Assembly (NCBI RefSeq): GCF_006345805.1
Contig: NC_043004.1
Span: 11,966,001-12,030,000, forward strand
Source: Octopus sinensis
Taxonomy: Eukaryota
Direction: 5' to 3'
Length of the DNA: 64,000 nt
The notes under the pieces were generated by a model. That model saw only the letters and a list, made by a program, of their open reading frames with translations. It was not told the DNA's origin and searched no databases. Below, piece by piece: positions 38,485 through 52,633 of the stretch (position 1 is the stretch's first letter; every line of letters begins with the position of its first letter). A program made the position numbers and the translations under genes.

Positions 38485-38790
38485 AGTGTGTGGCTTAGTG
38501 GTAAGGGCATTTGGCTGTAAATCATAAGGTCATGAGTTCAATTCTAAGTGGGAGGTTGTGTCCTTGAGCAAGACACTTTATTTCATGTCGCTGCAGTCCA
38601 CTCAGCTGGCTAAAATGAGTCGTACCTGTAATTCATAGGGCCAGCCTTGTCATGTTCTGTATCACGCTGAATCTCCCTGAGAACTACGTTAAGGGTACAC
38701 ATGTCTGTGGAGTGCTCAGCCACTTGCATGTTGATTTCAGAAGCAGGCTGTTTGGTTGATCGGGTCAACTGGAACCCTCATTGTCATAAC
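38485..38790 (+). mobile_element. SINE family D
   Basis: tggcttagtggtaaggg, gagttcaattc, gtgtccttgagcaagacacttta, and the shared 3' module. Confidence 0.8.
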
Positions 38791-40357
38791 TGCACTAACA
38801 CCAATACTACTACTACTACTACAACTACTACTACTAAGGTGGCCACTAGTATTAATAAAAATACTATAGTTGATACTACCATTAACACTACCGCTAATAT
38901 TATAAATAATACTATTGCCAACACTAGCACTACCACCTACACAGACACTAGCACCAGCATACCAGTACTATTACCAACACTACCTCCAGTACACCACTTT
39001 CTACAGCCAACAACATCACTATTACCAGCAACAGCACTAACAAGGAAAAATCAACAGAAGCCAGATCAATTACAGCTGTACTAACAGTAGTAGATTTGTT
39101 GTTGCTGGTGGTGAAGATGATAGTGACAATGTCAGTGGTAGCAGCTGCAGCAACAGCAACAGCAGTAGTAGTAATAGTAGCAACAGCAGCAGCATGTGTA
39201 GTAGTTATTTAGCCCCAGGTCAAGTCAGGCTGAGATGTCCTACGCTGGAATGTGTTCCAGCTATGACCATTCCATTTATTTTTGTCAGGTTATTCAGTCA
39301 TAGAGAAATGCATTAGCTTATCGTATTCTCTTTTCCTTCCTTATTTACCAACAACAGTGTGGAATTCAAAGGAGATTTGGCTTCTATTTCTAGCTGGTCA
39401 AGCAACCATTGGAGAACATGCTTGCTCTACTACATTGTTGACATAGGAGCCATAGTATCACCACAGAAGAGATAGTTGTAGTAGTAGTAGCAGCAGCAGC
39501 AACAGCAGTAGTAGCCTGTAGGTGGCTGCTTAACCTGTTTGCTAGAAATAACAGCCAAATTTTGCTTTAAATAACAGATCCTACTACTATTACCCTGAGA
39601 AAAAGAAGGACATGTTTGCAATAATGGATTCCTGCTTACATTATGTCTGAAAAATAAGAAGATATATATATATATAAAGAAAAATATGAACAAAGAAGAA
39701 AAGACTATGATGGGATGGGCACCGTTGGAATGTCTTCTTTCATCATAGATCTTTTCTATTGGGGCTGACTTGACCTGGTGCTAAACAACCAGAACAGCAA
39801 CAACAACATGAAGTATGGTGCCTTTTACACAGAGGCAGCAACAATGAAGAACTACTGCTGCTGTTGTTGCTGCTGGTGCTGCTGGTGATGGCAGTAGTGC
39901 TGGTGGTTGTGGTTGTGGTGGTGGTGGGGGGGGGTGATGAGGATTATTATGATGCTGCTGCTGCTGATGATGATGATATATTTATGATGTTATTGTTATT
40001 TAGCCTTTGGTCATCTACTACCAAGCAGCAGACTTGGTTGTTTCAACCTATTAGAAATAGCAGCCAAATTTTGTCCCACTTAAATTCCAACCACAACACA
40101 CACACACACACACACACACAAATAAAAAAAAAAAACACAATTCAAAATAAAATGCAGGAAAAAAAAACCCATTGATAATGCAAATATAAACTTAGATATA
40201 TCATTTGAGTGAAAAAAAAAAAAGACAGGGTGGTCATATATGGAAACACATCGTCATCATAAGTCTGTTTATTCTGTCTGCTTGATAATTGCAGATTGCT
40301 GTTGCAGCCCAGGGGCTAGATAACTAAATTATCAATAACATCACCAACACAATTATC

Positions 40358-40388
<31 letters not shown>

Positions 40389-40588
40389 TAGTGGTGGTGG
40401 TGTGTTGGTGGTTGTGGTGTTGGTGATGACGGCGCTCTGTGACTACTACTGCATCCACCAAGTGCAGCGCATTTGTTGCTTATTGATCAGACCCTGCTAG
40501 CATATGCTGCAACACAGCCTCATTAAACTAGACGCCTGACAAGTCCCACTAGAAAGTTCACCAGGAGGACTGTCTGTCTATGCATGTG

Positions 40589-40634
<46 letters not shown>

Positions 40635-40794
40635 GGTATGCACACGGGTCTGTGTACGTGCATGATTACCTGTGTACATGCATGCATGTTTCTGTCTATG
40701 GGTACATAACACGTTATGTCTCTATTATGTTCTCAGCTTTTCTATCTCTACCTCTTTCCTTATGTCTGTCTTTCTCTCTATTTCACTCCCTGTC

Positions 40795-40865
<71 letters not shown>

Positions 40866-40887
40866 TCATATATATATATATATATAT

Positions 40888-41291
40888 ACTCTTTTACTCT
40901 TTTACTTGTTTCAGTCATTTGACTGCGGCCATGCTGGAGCACCGCCTTTTTAATCGAGCAACTCGATCCCGGGACTTATTCTTTTGTAAGCCCAGTACTT
41001 ATTCTATCGGTCTCTTTTGCCGAACCGCTAAGTAACGGGGACATAAACACACCAGCATCGGTTGTCAAGCAATGCTAGGGGGACAAACACAGACACACAA
41101 ACACACACACGCATATATATACATATATACGAGTGACTTCTTTCAGCTCCAAACTTCTAAATCCACTCACAAGGCTTTGGTCGGCCCGAGGCTATAGCAG
41201 AAGACACTTGCCCAAGGTGCCACGCAGTGGGACTGAACCCAGAATCATGTGGTTGGTAAACAAGCTACTTACCACACAGCCACTCCTGCGC
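40888..41291 (-). mobile_element. SINE family A, young copy
   Basis: Family match. Confidence 0.9.
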
Positions 41292-42677
41292 ATTGTTTTC
41301 TGTATATCTGTCCCTCTCTGTATCCTCTTACCTCCTACACCTCCATCTTATTTCTCCTAACCCTTACTCCACCACTCCCTCAGCACCGGCGCCACCACCA
41401 CCACCACCGCCGCTACCCTCCCCAACTGTAATACTAATTATATTCTTTTACATCTTTCGGAAACAGATCCGATCAGATCAGACTGATTTTACATTTACAT
41501 AATCACTAATTACTAATCACTGATTAAATTTCAATCCATTGCAGTACAGATAATCTCTGCAGATTATATACCTGTAAGCCTTAGACCTTACTTGTCTACC
41601 TTTTCTATCTTTAGCCAGCCTCCCTGTCTACCTCACTGTCTACCTTTCTTTAAGACAATGAACAAAGAGCCTCTATGTATCTGTTTAATCTGCTGGAAAT
41701 AGCAGCCAAATCTCTCATATATCTTACAATATCATGTTATGCATGTATATGTATATATATTTCTTTACAAGGGGCTAAACACAGAGAGGACAAACAAGGA
41801 CAGACAAACGAATTAAGTCGATTATATCGACCCCAGTGCATAACTGGTACTTATTTAATCGACCCCGAAAGAATGAAAGGCAACGTCAACCTCGGCAGAA
41901 TTTGAACTCAGAATGCAGCGACGGACGAAAATGCAGCATGCTAACCTTGGGAAAGTGTCTATTACAGACCTAGGCAGGCGTTGAAACAGCAAAAGAATCC
42001 AATAGAATAAGGCCCAGGCTTTAAAAGAAATATACTGGGGTCAATTTGTTCGACTAAAACCCTTCAAGGTGGTGCTCCAGCATGGCTGCACTCCAATCAT
42101 TGAGACAGTGACTTTGAAGTTTTGGTTTGGAAATGTGTCAAGGCCGACAGGAAGCATTGCTGCTTCCTAGGGCTAAATAGCTGTAGTGTGATTCCCGTCA
42201 TGGGACTGTCACATTAGGCTGACAGTATACAACTACTCTATTGTACCACTACTGCATATATCTCTCTGAGATATTTAGAAATGTAATATTTATATTAATA
42301 TATATAAGGAATATAATAAAAGTTAACAATTTTTGTATTTATATTTATTTGTAAACAAATAATACAATATTACATAAGCATTTTATAATGTTTCTTTCTT
42401 TTCTGGAAACTTGCCGCCTACCAGCAGCTGATGGCTCGCAGACCGGTGCCAGTCTGAGCACCACCACTTTGAGTAGCACTGCCATAAAGAATATTTGATA
42501 AGGACCAAAAACTTTATCTAGAGTATTTGGAAAATGAAGATTGGGACTGCATAAAGTGACCACTATTTCAGATGGTCAGCTATATGAATCTATTGTCAAT
42601 AGGCGATGTAAGAGGCCAGTTCTGACCAGTCAGAATATTTGGGCTGGACATGGTCAGTTTAAATGCAAAACGGTTAA

Positions 42678-42896
42678 CCCTTTAGCATTTAAATCTGTCT
42701 GTCAAATGTGATACATATTCATTCATATTGTTTTGAATAAATAAGACATTATCTCATAACTTCAAGGCTTAGAAGATGTGATTGTATATCTTTAGAATGA
42801 CATTGTAGGGTAGGTGTGAGAGGTTGGATAGGTCAATTTGAACATAAAACTGGTAGAATATTTGGGTCGGGTATGACCAGTTTAAATGGTAAAAGG
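42678..42896. mobile_element. TTAA MITE (second family), preceded by a partial tandem copy sharing the TTAA
   Basis: ttaa|ccctttagcatttaaa...tttaaatggtaaaagg|ttaa. 42590-42673 repeats the right end. Confidence 0.7.
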
Positions 42897-43158
42897 TTAA
42901 AGAAGAAAAGCTTTATAGATATTCCATTGTCTGAAAAAAAATAAATAAATAAAACGGATGGGGTGGGCATGGTTGGGACACTTTTGATCAAAAATCTATT
43001 CAATCATGACAGGCCTGTAGCTAAAGGCTACCATCACCACCACTAAGAATGACTACCTGCACTAGATCCCACTCTCTCTTCATCCACCCACTGCTTCCAT
43101 AAAGTATAATGATTCATAAAGTTGTGGTTATAGTAGTAGTGGTGGTGGTGGGGTGCTG

Positions 43159-43203
<45 letters not shown>

Positions 43204-44022
43204 TAGTAGTAGTAGTAGTAGTAGTAGTGGGGTAATAGTAGTAGTAGCAGTGGGGTAATAGTAGTAGTAGCAGTAGTGGTGATCATGATGGTAATAGTAT
43301 TAGTGGTGGTGGTGATGGTTGTAGTAGTAGTAGTATTGGTGATGGTTGTGGTGGTAGTAGTAATGGTGGTGGTGGTCGTAGTAGTAGTTTGAATAACAGT
43401 ATAGACATATAAAGACCAACTATGGCTGGTGGGGACAGGGTAATAAGCTATGAAATTCTTATTTTCTCTCAATTCCCTGTAATTCAGACCCCTTTCATCT
43501 CATAGTCCCAGCAGACAGAATGGCAAACATTGTGGCATCCCAGATGAGGAGAGAGCCTCCTGCCATGGAATGGGAGGGAAAAATTGTCATACCATCAAGA
43601 CCTTTTACTGGCCCCTTGGCCTAGCCCCTCTGGCTCAAGCTGGGAATGGAAGCCTGTAGCATCTAGACCACACTTTATGATTTTATTATATGATTCAGGT
43701 GATTGTTTTTCTGTTTTTACTGCCATTCCTCCTTCCCCCTGCCAACCACCAATTCATCCTGCGAATCCCACCATGCCATCTCCTACTATTTTTATTATGT
43801 CCTATTTCTACCTCCTCTTCCTTCTCCTCAACTTTCCATTCTGCCTTTTGCTCCATCTTGTCTTTATAATTGTTGCTTTTGTTCTTCATTTTTAATTCTG
43901 TAGATTTGCTGTTGTTGTTGTTATTGTTATTATTTGTGGTAATTTATAGTGTTGGTTATTAATTTTTTTTTTTGTTTTCCTTTTTCTGTTCATCTTCAAT
44001 GTGTTGGTTCCCAATTACCATC

Positions 44023-44063
<41 letters not shown>

Positions 44064-44161
44064 TATAATGTATATGTATATATGTGTGTAATATATAATA
44101 TAATACATATATATATATAGTTTGGCTATTAATTAACTTAGCTAAATAATCCATTGCTGCA

Positions 44162-44275
<114 letters not shown>

Positions 44276-45052
44276 TTTTTACTGGTGTTCTGCCAGGCAC
44301 TGTATATCCTCTTTTTGTTATTTCAATGATGGTTTCAATACAATGCTTCTGTGTACCTTTGAAGTAACATACTCTAGCCTTTATGCTCATTGTTTAATTC
44401 TCTCACCCACCTTCTCTCCTTCCTATCTATCTCTGCATCTTTTCATTTGATATTATGATGTTCACTCTTCCTTTTCAACCAATATCCTCCATCCTTTAAT
44501 CCATTGTTGAGCTGTACCCTCTCTTTTTGTCCATTCTGCCATCACTTCTACAACATCCTTTCTTCTTTTAAACTAAAACTCCACCATCTATTAATCCACC
44601 GTTGAGCTGTGGCCAGTCTTTGTTCATTCTGCTACCACTACTATGATGTCCTTTGTTCTCAACCAGTATCCTCTTATCATTACTCCACTGCTTTGCTCTA
44701 CCCACTCTCTATCTGTGTCCACTCTGTCATCACTACTATTATGTCATCTGATTCTTTTTTGACCTATAACTTCTACCTACGATGCCACAAGCCAAGTAAA
44801 ATCGTTGTCATCCATATATACTGGCTTGTCCTTTACAGGTGCTGGTGCCACATAAAATACACTCGTGCCAGTGCTGTGTAAATGCACTCATGCTGGTGGC
44901 ACGTAAAGAACAGCCAGCATGCTCTGTGAAGTGGTTGGCATTAGGAAGGGCAACCAACCATAGAAACCATGTCGCAACAGACAATTAGAGTCTGGACACC
45001 TCCCTAGCTGGTCAGCTACCACCAAACTGTCCAGCTCATGCAAACATGGAAG

Positions 45053-45283
45053 GCAGCAAGCTGGCAGAAATGTTAGCATGCTGGGTGAAATGCTTAGCGG
45101 TTTTTCGTCTGTCGTTACGTTCTGAATTCGAATTCCGCTGAGGTCAACTTTGCCTTTCATCCTTTCAGGGTCGATAAATTAAGTACAAGTTACGCACTGG
45201 GGTCGATGTAATCGACTTAACCTCTTTTTTCTTTCCTTGTTTGTCCCCTCTATGTTTAGCCCCTTGTGGGCAATAAAGAAATA
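45053..45283 (+). mobile_element. SINE family C
   Basis: Plus-strand homologue of 13695-13922. Confidence 0.8.
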
Positions 45284-45899
45284 AGAAACATGGAAGATGG
45301 ATGATGATGATAATGATTTCTCTGTCTCTTTTCTGCTTTTCTAAGACAATACCTCTTTCCCCACCTGCTTGCTCTTCAGCTTTGTCCTCTCTCCTTGTGT
45401 TTTTCTGTTGACACTCCAATTCTATAACATTAATTTCTCTGAAGCAAGAATATTACCTGTACAAACAACTAAACCCACCAGAAACAGTAGCCTGGTCTCC
45501 CTTAAAATCACATCCCGATGTCATTTTCTTTCTGTGTATTTCAAAAAATAAATAAATAAATATGGGTGTTGAATACCAATAATATACCTGAAGACACATC
45601 TGCAAAATTGATGGGAGGGTCACAGTTGGAATGCCTTTGATAAAAAAACTACTAGGAGTTGACCTAGCATGTAAGAAGCAGAAGCAACAACTAAGTCACC
45701 ACAGCAGTATTTTATACATCACTACATTCCCAGTTCAACTTCTGCCGAGGTCAACTGTGCTTTCATCCTTTCAGGGTCAGTAAAACAAGTACCAGTTGAA
45801 CTCTCCCCCAATATTGCTGCCCTTGTGCCAAAATTTGAAACTATTACTATTATTATCATTATTATCATTATTATTATTATTATTATTATAATTATTATT

Positions 45900-46441
45900 G
45901 AGTGAGAGAGCAGTGCATGCCATCAAAGTGACACTGGGCTACAAATATACGAAGCCCAGTATACCCGTCATGACTACCCGTCTGATAAGGGTACACTAGG
46001 CACATGCATCACAACCATATGTACGCGACATGATGATCTCATATCAAGATAAACAGCATATGACCTTGCAAGTGGGACCAGTTAGAATTTTCTTCAGGTC
46101 GAGTAACCCATCCCGCACAAAAGGTCTCTGAGTAAAGGTTGTTTAAGGATGTTGAATGAAACACCTATGTTTCCAAAGGTGAATTATCCAAACCTCCAAG
46201 AATCCCTCTTGACAAACAGCTATGATACTCTCTGACTACTTCTGCTCGTGATCAGACTGCACATATCGTCAGCCACTAAGGAACATGCTCAACTGGTTAA
46301 GGTCAAACAACTGACAAGCAAATCTGTGGTATTGAGCAGAATATTTGCTGTAGCCCATCTTTTATACCAAGACAAAACAATGTACATGATAACACTTCCA
46401 ATCAGTTAAGATCAGAAGCCACAAAAGCCACTGCCTGGTAC
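45900..46441 (-). mobile_element. 3' region of a (TAA)n-tailed retroelement
   Basis: Longer homologue of 13191-13420, embedded in ATT repeats that interrupt a family C SINE relic. Confidence 0.75.
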
Positions 46442-46611
46442 TACTTCTATTATTATCATTATTATTAGTATTATTATTTAGCATCCTTCCGAGTCCCAGT
46501 GAAACATTGGGGTCAATGCAATCAACTTGTCTCCTCCGCAAAATTTCAGGCCTTGTGCCTATTGTAGAAAGGATTATTATTATTATTACTATTATTATTA
46601 TTATTGTTAAT

Positions 46612-47150
46612 ATAATCGTGAAGATCACCCTGCCTTTTTCCTTTGGCAGTTTTTTCTGTATCTGGTGGCTAAGCAAAAGAGGTTGTGTGGTGGATGTGAT
46701 TGAAGGGTTCAAGACAGGTACTTTCCTCTTCGGCCAAGGCCTCATTGTCTTTTTCAGGTTCCATCTGAAAAGGAAAGTGAGGCTGAAGAGGGAAGTGCTG
46801 TCACCTAGTATGTTTGTTGAAGGTGAATATGGCAAGAAAGGCCCTTGTGAATGGGCCTACTCTAAGTGTATATCTGTAGGCCAAATGGAATGAGGAGGAG
46901 AAGGAGGCATACTTCAGATGCCTTTCGGGATAGGGGGTCCAAAGTGTGTAAGGTTCCTTTGGTCACCTCTTAGTGGAACTCCCCGCTATTGGGGTAGTAC
47001 ATTGTTGGTTTAAATCTCCCTGTTAATTGTTGTGTTTCTTTTTGCTGTTTACACATTTAACCCCACTGTCTCTTGTCTGTGTATCACCTTTTATGTTTTG
47101 TGTTCAGCCCTGATGGTCAATAAAGCAAGTATTATTATTATTATTATTAT
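46612..47150 (+). mobile_element. Degenerate Tx1/L1-like LINE 3' end
   Basis: Frameshifted AKEVVWWM*LKG...FGQGLIVFFRFHLKRKVRLKREVLSPSMFVE, then a UTR, AATAAA near 47118 and a (TTA)n tail. Confidence 0.55.
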
Positions 47151-47247
47151 TAAAATTTATAGCTTCACAGTTTTAATCACAAAACCTCAAAACAACTACC
47201 AGATGTTTTACAAGGCATGGCAAACAAGAAAAGATACAAGACACATT

Positions 47248-47293
<46 letters not shown>

Positions 47294-48788
47294 TAGTTGG
47301 CCCTGGTATACATTTATTTTATTTTTTTAACCAATTTAAAAAAAAAAATTTCTTCCATTTATGCCCACCCACCACCAAAATTCTCCAACAGTTTTTCAAG
47401 AAACACCGCAGAAGAATAAATGGCGAAAATAATGAATGAAGTTCAGTCGAAACATTTCCTTTTAACAGGTTTCTGCACTTAAAAACTACATTTTATAGGT
47501 GTTTTTAGTACCTCTAACGAGTTCTCATTCTAAATTCGTTTCATATTTTGCTACTGCATTACTTACTCAAATACTTCACCTAACATCCTCCCGCTGAGTT
47601 TGTGCCAATGTGTTCTTCAAACATACAAAGTAGGAGTTGGCTGGTCAGTGATAATTGTGGGTGGCAGTGGTGGCGATGATGTAGACGATGGTTATGATGA
47701 TGATGATGATGATGATGATAGTGAAGGCAACAGGGATAAAAGTGGATGCTGTCAGTTATTGATTGCGTAGCTAGGGATGATGGGAAAACAATTTGGCAAT
47801 GATGGTGGTGACGGTGGCATTGATGGTAGTGGTGGTGGTGGTGGTAGTGATCATGGTTATTGCTGTTATTTCTTAACCTTTGTATAAGCACTGGTCGAGA
47901 AAACCTATGGTCAGAGATTTTCTGGCCCGTGATCATCATCATCATCATCATCATCACAGCATTTAGAAAGTGTGTGTGTGCGTGCGCACATATGCATGCT
48001 TGCAGTTATGTATGCTTGTATATATACATATATGTGTATGTGTGTGTGAGTGTGTGTGTGTGTGTGTGTGAATGATTATGTTTATGCAAGTACAGGTATA
48101 TGAATGTATATGTATGTATATGTAGATAGCTGTGTGGTAAGAAGCTTGCTTCCCAACCACATGGTTCTGGGTTCAGTCCCACTGCTTGGCACCTTGGGCA
48201 AGTGTCTTTATGTCGACCAAAGCCTTGGATGGTACACAGAAACTGAAAGAAGCCCGTCATATATGTGTGTGTGTGTGTCTGTGTTTGTCTCCCACCATCA
48301 CTCGACAGCTGATGTTGGTTTGTCTATGTCCCCATAACTTAGTGGCTCAGCAAAATCAGGCCGGTAGAATAAGTACTAGGCTTACAAAGAATAAATCCTG
48401 GGGTCAATATTTGTTCGACTAAAGGCAGTGCTCCAGCATGGCCACAGTCAAATGGCTGAAACAAGTAAAAGAATATCTATCTATCTATCTTATCTATCTT
48501 TATATATATATATATATACACACACATGTATATATGCACATGTATACAAACACACATATATGTATATGTACGCATATGTATATAGATAAACGTATATATA
48601 TATACATATACATGTATGTATGTGTGTGTATATATATATATATATATATGTGTGTATACGCATGTTTATTCATTCTTTTATTTTTTTTACATGTTTCAGT
48701 CCAGCTGAATACATTTGTATACATGTGTATACTTGTGTATACACATGTTCATAAAAGTATGTATGTATATATATAAATAAATAAAAAA

Positions 48789-48829
<41 letters not shown>

Positions 48830-49361
48830 CAATGCAGAAGCATTATCTTGCTTGGAAACAGGTGAAGGTTGGTGATAGGAAAGGCATCCATCCATAGAAA
48901 GTCTAGAAAATCTGCTTGAACGAATTCTGCTTGACCCATGCAGTCGACCATGGAAAAGTGGATGTTAAATGATCATATATATATACATATACATATACAT
49001 ACACAGACAGATGCATGCATATACAAATATGTATATCTTTATGTATATTTAATTATAGTTTAAAACTATTTTTGAACCACTGTAATTGTTATCATCGTCA
49101 TCATGATCATCATCATCATCCTGATGTTTATATTCCTCAGCAGTAGCATCATCATCACATTACCACAACTATCATCATTATATCTGTCAGTTTCTTTAGC
49201 GGAAGACAACCAGCTGATATCAGAAGAAAACTTCCTGCCTCATCAGATCTGCTGTACCTGTTCTTACCTGTCTATAGACAGGCATGTATTACTGGCTCTA
49301 TGCCAGTTGTAGCTGCTGCACATCGCCAAGTATTTGATTCCTGCACAATAATGTCTTCTGC

Positions 49362-49410
<49 letters not shown>

Positions 49411-49737
49411 CTACACCCACATATATATAGATAGATAGATATACAGATAGTTAAATATATAGATAGATAGGTGTGTGTGTGTTTATATATATATGCATGT
49501 ATATATATATAATATACATATATATATATATAAGCACATGCAATATATGTGTGTTGTATATATAGGTGCAGGAGTGGCGGTGTGGTGAGAAGCTTCCTTA
49601 CCAACCATATGGTTCCGAGTTCAGTCCCACTGTGTGGCACCCTGGGTAGGTGTCTTCTACCATAGCCTTAGGCCAACTTGAACCTGGTGAGTGGATTTGG
49701 TAGGCAGAAAGTGAAAGAAGGCTGTTGTATGCCTCTC

Positions 49738-49799
<62 letters not shown>

Positions 49800-50367
49800 A
49801 TGCGTGTGTGTGTGTGTACACATCTGTGTTTGTAACTCTGCCATCGCTTGACAATCAATGCTGATGTGTTTGTGTCCCCGTAACTTTGCGGTTTGGTAAA
49901 AGAGGCTGATAGAATAAGCAGGCTTTGAAACATAAGTGTTGGGGTCAATTTATTCGACTAAAACATTTGAAGGCAGTGCCCCAGGATGGCTACACTCAAA
50001 TCACTGAAAAAAGTATATGGATAAAAGAATATATACATACATACATATGTACAAACAGCCATAGAAGTACCTGTGCATTGCTTCATAAAGGCACTCAACA
50101 CATTCTGTAAAGTGGTTGGTGTTAGGAAGGGTACCCAGTTGTAGAAGTGATGCCAAATCAGACTGGAACTTGGAGCACCACCCCCATCAGCTTGCCAGCT
50201 CTGGTCAAACTGTCCAACCCATGCCAGCATGGACAATGGGTGTTAAATGATGATTATCGTGATGATGTTATTCTAGCATTAGATTTATTTTCTTTCCTTT
50301 TTTGCTTTTTAACTTGTCAACCTAAAAATATACAAGAATAAACATTGAAATTTATTAGAATAATTAA

Positions 50368-50596
50368 CCTTTTTTTTTTGTTACAAAACTGCCTGAGACC
50401 ACCTCCTGCTTCTATGATATAAAACTTCCTCTTTTACAGTGATCTAAATTGAAGCCTCTCATTAAAATACCATGTTAATTTATGTTCCAAACATCAGCTT
50501 AATAATAAGACAGTTATTTTACTAAACTCTTCATTATTTTCTATATTAATTGAAGCATACACAAAATATCTCAACAGAAATACGGTAGCATAAAGG
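50368..50596. mobile_element. Degenerate TTAA MITE, same family as 17695
   Basis: Shared internal sequence aatttatgttcc...agcttaat...agttattttactaaa and decayed TIRs. Confidence 0.7.
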
Positions 50597-51002
50597 TCAA
50601 TTTATTAAAGTATTAATTTATTAATATAAATTAATAGATCAAAGTGTATGCTTCAAACTGGTATATTACATGAATATATCATATTTTCCAGCATACAAGT
50701 GGAATATTGTAGACTAAAATTTAAAGTCACAAAATGTCGGTTAACTTATACACTGAGATGACTTTGGAGTCCCAAAAATTCCACATGAAATGTAGCAAGA
50801 GAATGATGGTATTTGAAGGTTTACACTATAATATAGTGGTCCTCAACAATTTGCTTTATCCATTGATACTCATTGTTGGTTTGTTTACATTTCTGTAAAC
50901 CAGCAATGCAGTGAGAAATCAGGAGAATAAGTACCAGCAAAAATAAGTACTGGGGGTAATTTCATTCACTAAACCAGAGGTTACTCAAGCGTTTTTTATA
51001 TA

Positions 51003-51174
51003 TGGCACGGGAGTGGCTGTGTGGTCAGTAGCTTGCTTACCAACCATATGGTTCTGGATTCAGTCCCATTGCATGGCACCTTGGGCAAGTGTTTTCTACT
51101 ATAGCCTCGGGCCGGCCAAAGCCTGGTGAGTGGATTTGGTTGGCGGAAACTGAAAGAAGCCCGTCGTATATATG

Positions 51175-51209
<35 letters not shown>

Positions 51210-51418
51210 TTGTGTTCCATGTTTGTCCCCTCCAACATCGCTTGACAACCAATGCAGGTGTGTTTATGTCCCCGTAACTTAGCGGTTCAGCAAAAGAGAC
51301 CGATAGAGTAAGTACAAGGCCTACAAAGAATAAGTCCTGGGGTCGATTTGCTCGACTAAAGGCGGTGCTCCAGCATGGCTGCAGTCAAATGACTTAAACA
51401 AGTAAAAGAGTTAAAGAG
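51003..51418 (+). mobile_element. SINE family A, full length
   Basis: Family match. Confidence 0.9.
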
Positions 51419-51875
51419 TGTTGACCCTCTTAATTACTGTTTTATTCTGGTGGACCCCAATAGACATTCAGAGTGTAAAAACTAGTTTTATAGAAGCTTC
51501 TTTCAAAATTTTTATTTTGTTCTTAACACATTAACTTGTGCAGATTGAGCTATGTAAAATGTTAGAGAAAGAGACCCAGCTGTTTCTTTACAATACCCAC
51601 CAAACATATATCTAAAGCAAAAATTTTTCAAGGACCCTTGAAATACTTTTGTTGATCCCCAGTTTAGGACTGAGGTAACTCCTCCATAAATTATACAACA
51701 ATAAAAAAATAGATGAGTGTCATAGTTATCATGTGAAATCATTTGAACGATATTTCAGCATCTAGCGTGCTTTCCACAGGTTCGAAAATTACGTCAGCTT
51801 ACTTCATTTTTTTGTTACGATTATATATTTATATTTATTTATCTATTTATTTATTTATTTATTTATTATTATCAT

Positions 51876-52273
51876 ACTCTTTTACTCTTTTACTTGTTTC
51901 AGTCATTTTGACTGCGGCCATGCTGGAGCACCGCCTTTAGTCGACCAAATCGACCCCATTACTTATTCTTTGTAAGCCCAGTACTTATTCTATCGGTCTC
52001 TTTTGCCGAACGGCTAAGTGACGGGGACGTAAACACACCAGCATCGGTTGTCAAGCAATGCTAGGGGGACAAACACAGACACACAAACACACACACACAC
52101 ACATATATATATATCTATACATATATACGACAGGCTTCTTTCAGTTTCCGTCTACTAAATCCACTGACAAGGCATTGGTCGGCCTGGGGCTATAGCAGAA
52201 GACACTTGCCCAAGATGCCACGCAGTGGGACTGAACCCGGAACCATGTGGTTGGTTAGCAAGCTACTTACCAC
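51876..52273 (-). mobile_element. SINE family A
   Basis: Family match, inverted relative to 51003. Confidence 0.9.
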
Positions 52274-52333
52274 ATTTATTTATTTATTTATTTATTTATT
52301 ATTATTATCATCATTATTATTATTATTATCATT

Positions 52334-52633
52334 ACCTTTGCACAACTTCTAACGCTGGAGATGTACTATGGTGTCAGCTGTTCACTACCAGTGAACACCC
52401 ATTATTTTTCGTGCACCATCTGGAGTATCCGAGGGGTTCCAAGCCGTGCTGTTTTCTGCAAGTGCTCCACACTTATTGCAGCTCCTATTTGTTCTATGTA
52501 CTTCTCAAGATTTTTACTTGCTGTTCCCAGGGCTCCGACAATTGTTGGTACTACTACCACCTTTTTCATCGACCACAACTGCTTAAACCTCCCAAGCTAA
52601 CCTGTCACATCTATCGACTTTTCTTTCTTCCTC
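52334..52633 (-). mobile_element. R4/Dong-like non-LTR retrotransposon 3' fragment (restriction-like endonuclease C-terminus)
   Basis: KQLWSMKKVVVVPTIVGALGTASKNLEKYIEQIGAAISVEHLQKTARLGTPRILQMVHEK* (stop at 52402-52404). One frameshift upstream the frame reads EERKVDRCDRLAWEV. (TAA)n on both sides. Confidence 0.82.

Larger units (their letters stand above)
33190..40430. repeat. Trinucleotide-repeat island (CAA/CAG/TAG/CAC/CAT) with clustered copies of unclassified ~200-bp repeat family E
   Basis: gctagaaatagcagccaaatc...gatggtcatggctggaatg...gacctggggctaaacaac recurs at about 33520, 34510, 34857, 35698, 37415, 37683, 39205 (minus), 39540 and 40050. Confidence 0.8.
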
